The translations under genes were made by a program, and so were the position numbers. A stretch of DNA of 64,000 bases from positions 14,330 to 78,329 of the forward strand of contig JACQXY010000061.1 in assembly GCA_016208485.1 (NCBI GenBank), written 5' to 3'. The stretch comes from Acidobacteriota bacterium (GTDB lineage Bacteria; Actinomycetota; AC-67). Position 1 is the first letter of the stretch; each line of letters opens with the position of its first letter. Under the pieces are notes generated by a model. The model was not told the DNA's origin, did no database searches, and was given only the letters and a program-made list of their open reading frames with translations. This document shows, one piece after another, positions 59,118 to 64,000 of the stretch.

Positions 59118-60602
59118 ATGAGCGAGCGCATCTTCGTGAGCAGCGTGCAGAAGGAACTGGAGGCCGAGCGACGGGCCGTGCGGGCCTTCGTTCGCGGGGA
59201 TGCGCTGCTGCGGCGGTTCTTCGATGTCTTTCTCTTCGAAGACCTCGCGGCATCCGATCGGCGGGCGGACGATGTGTACCTCGACGAGGTGGGACGCTGC
59301 GCCGTCTACCTCGGACTTCTCGGCGACGAGTACGGCAGCGAGGACGCGGCGGGGGCATCGCCGACTGAGCGCGAGTTCGACCACGCCACAGCCCTGGGCA
59401 AGACGCGCCTCGTCTTCGTCAGGGGCGTTGACCACGACGGCCGGCATCCGAAGATGCGCGCTCTGGCCGCCAAGGCCGGAGCGCAGCTTATCCGCAGGCG
59501 TTTCAGCGGGATTTCAGACCTCACCGCGGCCCTCTACGCCAGCCTCGTCGAGCATCTGGAGCGGACGGGCAGGCTTAGCACGCGGCCCTTCGACGCTGCG
59601 GCCTGTCCGGACGCCACGTTGGAGGACGTCTCGCCCCAGAAGATGGAATGGTTCATCGGCATCGCCCGCCGCGAGCGGCAGTATCCTCTCCGCGAGGCTA
59701 CACCGCCGGTCGAGGCTCTGGCCCACCTGAACCTGCTCGACGCAGGCCAGCCGACCCGCGCAGCCGTCCTCCTATTCGGGCGGGAGCCGCAACGCTTTCT
59801 CCTCAGCTCCGAGATCAAGTGCCTGCACTTCCACGGCACCGAGGTGCGCAAGCCCATCCCGTCGTACCAGGTGTACAACGGAACCGTGTTCGAGTTGGTG
59901 GACCAGGCGGCGGACTTCGTCATGTCCAAGATCGCCCGGGCCGTCGGCACCCGCGCCCACGGCCCGGAGGCACCTGTCGAGTACGAGCTGCCCCGAGAGG
60001 CCGTGGTCGAGGCCATCGTGAACGCCGTCGCACACCGCGACTACACGAGCAACGCCAGTGCGCAGGTGATGCTCTTCGCGGACCGGCTGGAGGTCTGGAA
60101 CCCCGGAGAACTCCCCCCCACCCTGACGCTGCCGCAGTTGCGCATACCGCATCCCTCCATTCCCCACAACCCGCTCATCAGCGAGCCGCTCTTCCTTGCC
60201 CGGTACATCGAACGAGCCGGCACCGGCACACTGGACATGATCGCCCGGTGCCGGGAAATGGGCTTGCCCGAACCGGAGTTCCGGCAGGACGGTGGACAGT
60301 TCGTCATGACCTTGTGGCGCGACTGGCTCACGGAGGAAGTTCTGGCCTCCCTGGCACTGAATGAACGCCAGGAGAAGGCGGTCGGCTTCATCCGGCGAGA
60401 AGGCCGCCTGACCAACCTCCAGTACCAGGAGATCACGGGCGCGAGCCGGGCCACCGCGAAGCGGGACCTCGAGGAGCTTATGGGCAAGGGTGTGCTAGTC
60501 CGCATGGGCACCGGGCGCGCTGCCCATTATCTGGTTGCGAAGAAACGGCTCAAGAAAGGCTCAAATGGCTCACCGGAGGGTGCGGACGGAAATGGCTCAT
60601 AA
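59118..60602 (+). CDS. fusion protein DUF4062 + Schlafen/AlbA_2 divergent-ATPase + HATPase_c_4 + C-terminal wHTH (RecG-C-terminal-like 'transcriptional regulator' family)
   Basis: N-terminus MSERIFVSSVQKELEAERRAVRAFVRG matches DUF4062 start consensus; middle …AAVLLFGREPQRFLLSSEIKCLHFHG… (AlbA_2); …PLISEPLFLARYIERAGTGTLDMIARCREMGLPEPEF (HATPase_c_4); C-terminal HTH; TAA stop. Confidence 0.6.
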   Translation: MSERIFVSSVQKELEAERRAVRAFVRGDALLRRFFDVFLFEDLAASDRRADDVYLDEVGRCAVYLGLLGDEYGSEDAAGASPTEREFDHATALGKTRLVFVRGVDHDGRHPKMRALAAKAGAQLIRRRFSGISDLTAALYASLVEHLERTGRLSTRPFDAAACPDATLEDVSPQKMEWFIGIARRERQYPLREATPPVEALAHLNLLDAGQPTRAAVLLFGREPQRFLLSSEIKCLHFHGTEVRKPIPSYQVYNGTVFELVDQAADFVMSKIARAVGTRAHGPEAPVEYELPREAVVEAIVNAVAHRDYTSNASAQVMLFADRLEVWNPGELPPTLTLPQLRIPHPSIPHNPLISEPLFLARYIERAGTGTLDMIARCREMGLPEPEFRQDGGQFVMTLWRDWLTEEVLASLALNERQEKAVGFIRREGRLTNLQYQEITGASRATAKRDLEELMGKGVLVRMGTGRAAHYLVAKKRLKKGSNGSPEGADGNGS

Positions 60603-60662
60603 GTGGCTCAAACGGCTCACGCGGCCCGAACCCCGAAACCAACCCGACGAGGGCGACGCGAG

Positions 60663-60797
60663 ATGATCCCCAAGGAGTGCAAGCGCCTGGCTGAGGTGGA
60701 CTTCCCGATTGCCGAGGCGCCGCGGCATGCGGCGTGGGAGAAGTCGATCCGGCAGGGACATCCGAGCGCACCTGCCTCGAGAACTCAGACCCCATGA
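60663..60797 (+). pseudogene. duplicated 5' fragment (~35 codons) of the DUF1156 methyltransferase gene; short ORF whose stop overlaps the DUF3644 start
   Basis: 60663-60767 is ~89% identical at DNA level to 61867-61971 (protein MIPKECKRLAEVDFPIAEAPRHAAWEKSIRQGHPS vs MIPKECKRLAEVDFPIAEVSRHAAREKSIRHGHPS); homology ends ~nt 105 and the ORF terminates with TGA overlapping ATG 60794. Confidence 0.5.
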
Positions 60798-61870
60798 GAG
60801 GGCTGCCCTACGACGTCAAGGCGCTCGTCGAGAAGGCGAGGGAGACCGCCCTGCTCGCAGTGGAGACCTACAACCGCCCCACGGCGAGCTTCCGGTCAGG
60901 CGCGTACGTAGTCCTGATGATCATCGCTTGGACGTCGCTCTTTCACGCGATGTTCCTTCGCAAGGGAATCAAGCCGTACTGCCGAAAGCCCGGCTCAAGA
61001 CGGTACGAGCGGATCGATGGTGAGCCTCGGCGCTGGGAGCTCGGAGAGTGCCTGCGGCAACACTACAAGGCGAGTAACCCTGCCACCCGGCGGAATCTCG
61101 AGTTCTTCATTGGGCTCCGCAACAAGATCGAGCATCGTTCGCTTGCGCAGATCGACCCAGAAGTCTTCGGCGAATGCCAAGCGATGTTGCTGAACTTCGA
61201 GTCCCTGCTCGTTTCGGAGTTTGGTGATCGGTACGCGATTCGTGGCGGTCTCACGTTCGCCTTGCAGTTCTCACGGGTCGTTCCGACGAGTTCATCGGCG
61301 CCGGCCGCCAATACTGCTGGTAGAGCGTTCAAGGCGATCAAGCAATACGTGGACGCCTTCCGGTCAAGTCTGAGCGCGGACGTGCAGAACGACCTGGCCT
61401 ACAGCTTCAAGGTCTTCCTCGTTCCGAAGATCGGCAATCACGCGAGCAAGGACTCGGTTGCCGTGGAATGGATCAAATACCATCCCTCGAAGCCTGAGGA
61501 GATGAGGCACTACGAGAAGGTAGTGGCGATGATCAAGCCCAAGGAGGTGCAGATCGCGAATCTGGGCCGCCTAAAGCCGACGCAAGTCGCGCGGCAAGTT
61601 GCGGTCAAGCTCGGCAGGCGGTTCACGAATTACGACCACAAGCTTTGCTACGAGCATTTCACGATCCGGCCGCCAGGTGGGGCACCCGATCCGTCGGCAT
61701 GCAACCCTCAGTTCTGTGTCTACGACGATCTCCACAAGGACTACTGCTACACGCCGCAGTGGGTTGACTTCCTTGGGGAGAGACTGGCTGATCCTGCGCT
61801 CTACGCGAACATCATCACGAGAAGGAAGGCCACCGCGAAACCCATTGAAACCAGGAGCGCAACCGCATGA
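60794..61870 (+). CDS. DUF3644-family (HEPN-like, MAE_28990/MAE_18760-type) protein
   Basis: MRGLPYDVKALVEKARETALLAVETYNRPTASFRSGAYVVLMIIAWTSLFHAMFLRKGIKPYCR… matches my recollection of the DUF3644 N-terminal consensus; lower GC (~58%); ATGA overlaps at both ends. Confidence 0.55.
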   Translation: MRGLPYDVKALVEKARETALLAVETYNRPTASFRSGAYVVLMIIAWTSLFHAMFLRKGIKPYCRKPGSRRYERIDGEPRRWELGECLRQHYKASNPATRRNLEFFIGLRNKIEHRSLAQIDPEVFGECQAMLLNFESLLVSEFGDRYAIRGGLTFALQFSRVVPTSSSAPAANTAGRAFKAIKQYVDAFRSSLSADVQNDLAYSFKVFLVPKIGNHASKDSVAVEWIKYHPSKPEEMRHYEKVVAMIKPKEVQIANLGRLKPTQVARQVAVKLGRRFTNYDHKLCYEHFTIRPPGGAPDPSACNPQFCVYDDLHKDYCYTPQWVDFLGERLADPALYANIITRRKATAKPIETRSATA

Positions 61871-64000
61871 TCCCGAAGGAGTGCAAGCGCCTTGCCGAGG
61901 TGGACTTCCCGATCGCCGAGGTGTCGCGGCACGCGGCGCGGGAGAAGTCGATCCGGCACGGGCACCCGAGCACGCTGCACCTGTGGTGGGCCCGGCGGCC
62001 GCTGGCGTCGAGCCGCGCGGTGCTGCTGGGGCTACTCTGGCCGGATCCATGCGATCCGCTGTGCCCGCCAGAGTTCAAGGCGAAGGCTCGAGAGTTGCTG
62101 CCGCGGGTGCAGGGCGGGGGCGCGCCAGGCCCAACTAACAATGATCTACGGCAATCGCTGCTCAAGTTTATCGGTGCGTTTGCGAACTGGGACCTTGCCG
62201 CGAACGGCGTTTACCTGGAGGTCAGCCGCGCCCTGGTGAAGGCGGCGCACGGCGAGGAGCCACCGCTGGTCGTGGATCCGTTCGCGGGGGGCCGATCGAT
62301 CCCGTTGGAGGCTCTGCGGCTTGGCTGCGATGCCTTCGCGAGCGACTTGAACCCCGTCGCCTGCCTGATCCTCAAGGTGATGCTCGAGGACATCCCGCGC
62401 CACGGGCCGAAGCTCGCCGAGGAGCTGCGCCGCGTCGGGACGGAGATCAAACGGCAGGCGGAGAAGGAGTTGGCGGATCTCTACCCCAAGGATCCGGACG
62501 GCGCGACGCCGATCGCCTACCTCTGGGCGCGGACCGTGCGCTGCGAGTCGCCGAACTGCGGCGCGGAGATCCCGCTCGTGCGCTCGTTCTGGCTCTGCAA
62601 GAAGGCGAACCGCCGGCGGGCGCTCAGGCACCGCGTCGTGCGGCCCGCGGGCGAGCCGCCGCGCGTCGAGTTCGAGATAGTCGAGCCGAAGGCTGAGGAG
62701 GAGGTGCCCGGCGGGACGGTGACGCGCGCGAAGGCCACGTGCGTCGCGTGCGGCGCGGTGCTCCCGCCCGAGCGCGTGCGGCCGCAGCTCGCGGCACAGC
62801 GCGGCGGGGCCGACGTCGTCTTCGGCGCCGAGGGCCTACGCACGGCCGGGGCGAGGATGCTGGCCGTTGTGACGCTCCGGCCCGACGAGCAGGGACGGCA
62901 CTATCGGCTGTCAACCGAGCGCGACTACGAGGGCACCCGCAACGCGCAGGAGCGGCTCGCGGCGATCCTCGGCGCGTGGGAGCGTGACGGAAAGATGGGC
63001 CTCCGCCCGGTGCCGGATGAGCCGCTGCCGCCGATCGGCACGCTCGGCTTTCGCGTGCAGCGGTACGGCATGCTCCAGTGGGGCGACCTCTTCACGGCGC
63101 GGCAGAAGACTGCGCTGGTCACGTTGTCGGTGCGGATGGCCCGAGAGAACGGAGACGTCATTGAGGCAATGGCGTCTTCTCTTTCGAGACTTGCGGACAA
63201 GAACGCATCACTCGCAGTCTGGAATCAGATCGGCGAGAAGATTGAGCACGTCTTCGGGCGTCAGGCACTCCCAATCGTCTGGGACTTCGCAGAGGTGCCC
63301 ATATTTTCGAACTCTACCGGTAATTTCGGCAGCGGTGTCGATCTCGTCCGAAAAGTGTTAGAGGCTTGGCCTGGCTCACTTGCAGGGCAAGTTCAACTCG
63401 CTGACGCTACCGAGCACCCACTCCCCGACCAGACCGCAACCGTCTGGTTCACCGACCCGCCCTATTACGATGCGGTCCCGTACGCCGACCTCTCGGACTT
63501 CTTCTTCGTCTGGCTGAAGCGCGCGCTACCGGGACGAGCAGTCTTGCGCGATCCGTTCGATCCGGCCAACCCGCTTTCCCCCAAACGGCGCGAAGCCGTG
63601 CAGGACGAGACGAAACGAGACAACGGTCGGTCGAAGGACCGAGCGTGGTTCGAGGAGACGATGGCCCGTGCCTTCGCCGAAGGCCGACGGGTACTGCGAG
63701 AGGACGGCGTGGGCTCCGTGGTTTTTGCCCACAAGACGACGGAAGGCTGGGAAGCGCTCCTCTCCGGGATGATTCGGGGCGGCTGGACGATCACCGGCTC
63801 GTGGCCCATCGCCACGGAGCGCCCCGGGCGACTGCGCGCACAGGAGTCTGCCGCCCTCGCCACCAGCGTCCACCTCATCTGCCGCCCCCGCCCTGTGGAT
63901 GCAGGCGTCGGTGACTGGGCCGACGTTCTGCGCGAGCTGCCGAACCGCGTCGGCGACTGGATGGAGCGCCTGCAGGGCGAAGGTATTCGCGGCGCCGACC
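61867..64000 (+). CDS. DUF1156-domain N6-adenine DNA methyltransferase with Zn-ribbon (COG1743 family), 3' end beyond window
   Basis: Open frame from ATG 61867 to the window end; N-terminal DUF1156 (…HGHPSTLHLWWARRP…VDPFAGGRSIPLEALRLGCDAFASDLNP = SAM-binding motif I), CxxC…CxxC Zn-ribbon (CESPNCG…CVACG), catalytic motif IV DPPY (VWFTDPPYYD). Confidence 0.75.
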   Translation, partial: MIPKECKRLAEVDFPIAEVSRHAAREKSIRHGHPSTLHLWWARRPLASSRAVLLGLLWPDPCDPLCPPEFKAKARELLPRVQGGGAPGPTNNDLRQSLLKFIGAFANWDLAANGVYLEVSRALVKAAHGEEPPLVVDPFAGGRSIPLEALRLGCDAFASDLNPVACLILKVMLEDIPRHGPKLAEELRRVGTEIKRQAEKELADLYPKDPDGATPIAYLWARTVRCESPNCGAEIPLVRSFWLCKKANRRRALRHRVVRPAGEPPRVEFEIVEPKAEEEVPGGTVTRAKATCVACGAVLPPERVRPQLAAQRGGADVVFGAEGLRTAGARMLAVVTLRPDEQGRHYRLSTERDYEGTRNAQERLAAILGAWERDGKMGLRPVPDEPLPPIGTLGFRVQRYGMLQWGDLFTARQKTALVTLSVRMARENGDVIEAMASSLSRLADKNASLAVWNQIGEKIEHVFGRQALPIVWDFAEVPIFSNSTGNFGSGVDLVRKVLEAWPGSLAGQVQLADATEHPLPDQTATVWFTDPPYYDAVPYADLSDFFFVWLKRALPGRAVLRDPFDPANPLSPKRREAVQDETKRDNGRSKDRAWFEETMARAFAEGRRVLREDGVGSVVFAHKTTEGWEALLSGMIRGGWTITGSWPIATERPGRLRAQESAALATSVHLICRPRPVDAGVGDWADVLRELPNRVGDWMERLQGEGIRGAD

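Overview
This is a high-GC (roughly 70%) chromosomal window that looks Actinobacteria-like. It is mostly housekeeping and metabolic genes, with three toxin-antitoxin modules and, at the 3' end, a lower-GC defence island (54.9-64.0 kb) that runs off the window.

Left to right:
- 1-1,853: glcD (5' truncated by the window edge) and glcE; no glcF.
- 2.0-9.1 kb, minus strand: a branched-chain-amino-acid-type ABC uptake operon with unusual fusions. It encodes a lipoprotein SBP, a LivH-LivM-LivG triple fusion, a small lipoprotein and an MFS-like domain fused to a LivF ATPase.
- 9.1-15.8 kb, minus strand: a tightly packed catabolic-looking cluster: a catalytic-domain-only LeuA-like synthase, a family III CoA-transferase, a crotonase, an SDR, LeuC-like and LeuD-like subunits and an alpha/beta hydrolase. 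A PucR-family regulator is divergently encoded at 16.2 kb.
- 17.9-24.6 kb: hemW, a large secreted ceramidase-like hydrolase, and tdh-kbl.
- 24.6-30.9 kb: an accessory islet inserted into an otherwise Gram-positive-type conserved block (lepA / rpsT / holA-comEC-comEA). It carries a frameshifted NTase-like pseudogene, hicB-hicA, a GNAT remnant that looks like the AAC(6')-Ib family, and an abiEi-abiEii type IV TA pair.
- 35.3-39.3 kb: a CDF transporter, leuS, and tRNA-Ala followed by an orphan 3' fragment of a thioredoxin gene.
- 39.6-46.6 kb: a secreted pentaheme c-type cytochrome, a large secreted glycoside-hydrolase-like protein, an Rrf2 regulator, and a beta-propeller::phosphoesterase fusion.
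- 46.7-54.9 kb: rsfS, an LCP protein with a tandem Pro-Glu-Pro repeat array, nadD, a cupredoxin lipoprotein, a class III aminotransferase, a MoxR/VWA pair and proA.
- 54.9-64.0 kb, defence island: vapBC, an SNF2-family helicase with a C-terminal DUF3883, a DUF4062::Schlafen/AlbA_2::HATPase_c_4::HTH fusion protein, and a DUF3644 (HEPN-like) gene nested next to a DUF1156 N6-adenine DNA methyltransferase.

The methyltransferase gene's first ~105 nt are duplicated (about 89% identical) in front of the nested DUF3644 gene. This looks like a DISARM class 1-like or Hma-like modification-based system with nested insertions; the rest of it lies beyond position 64,000. The window contains no CRISPR array and no rRNA gene.
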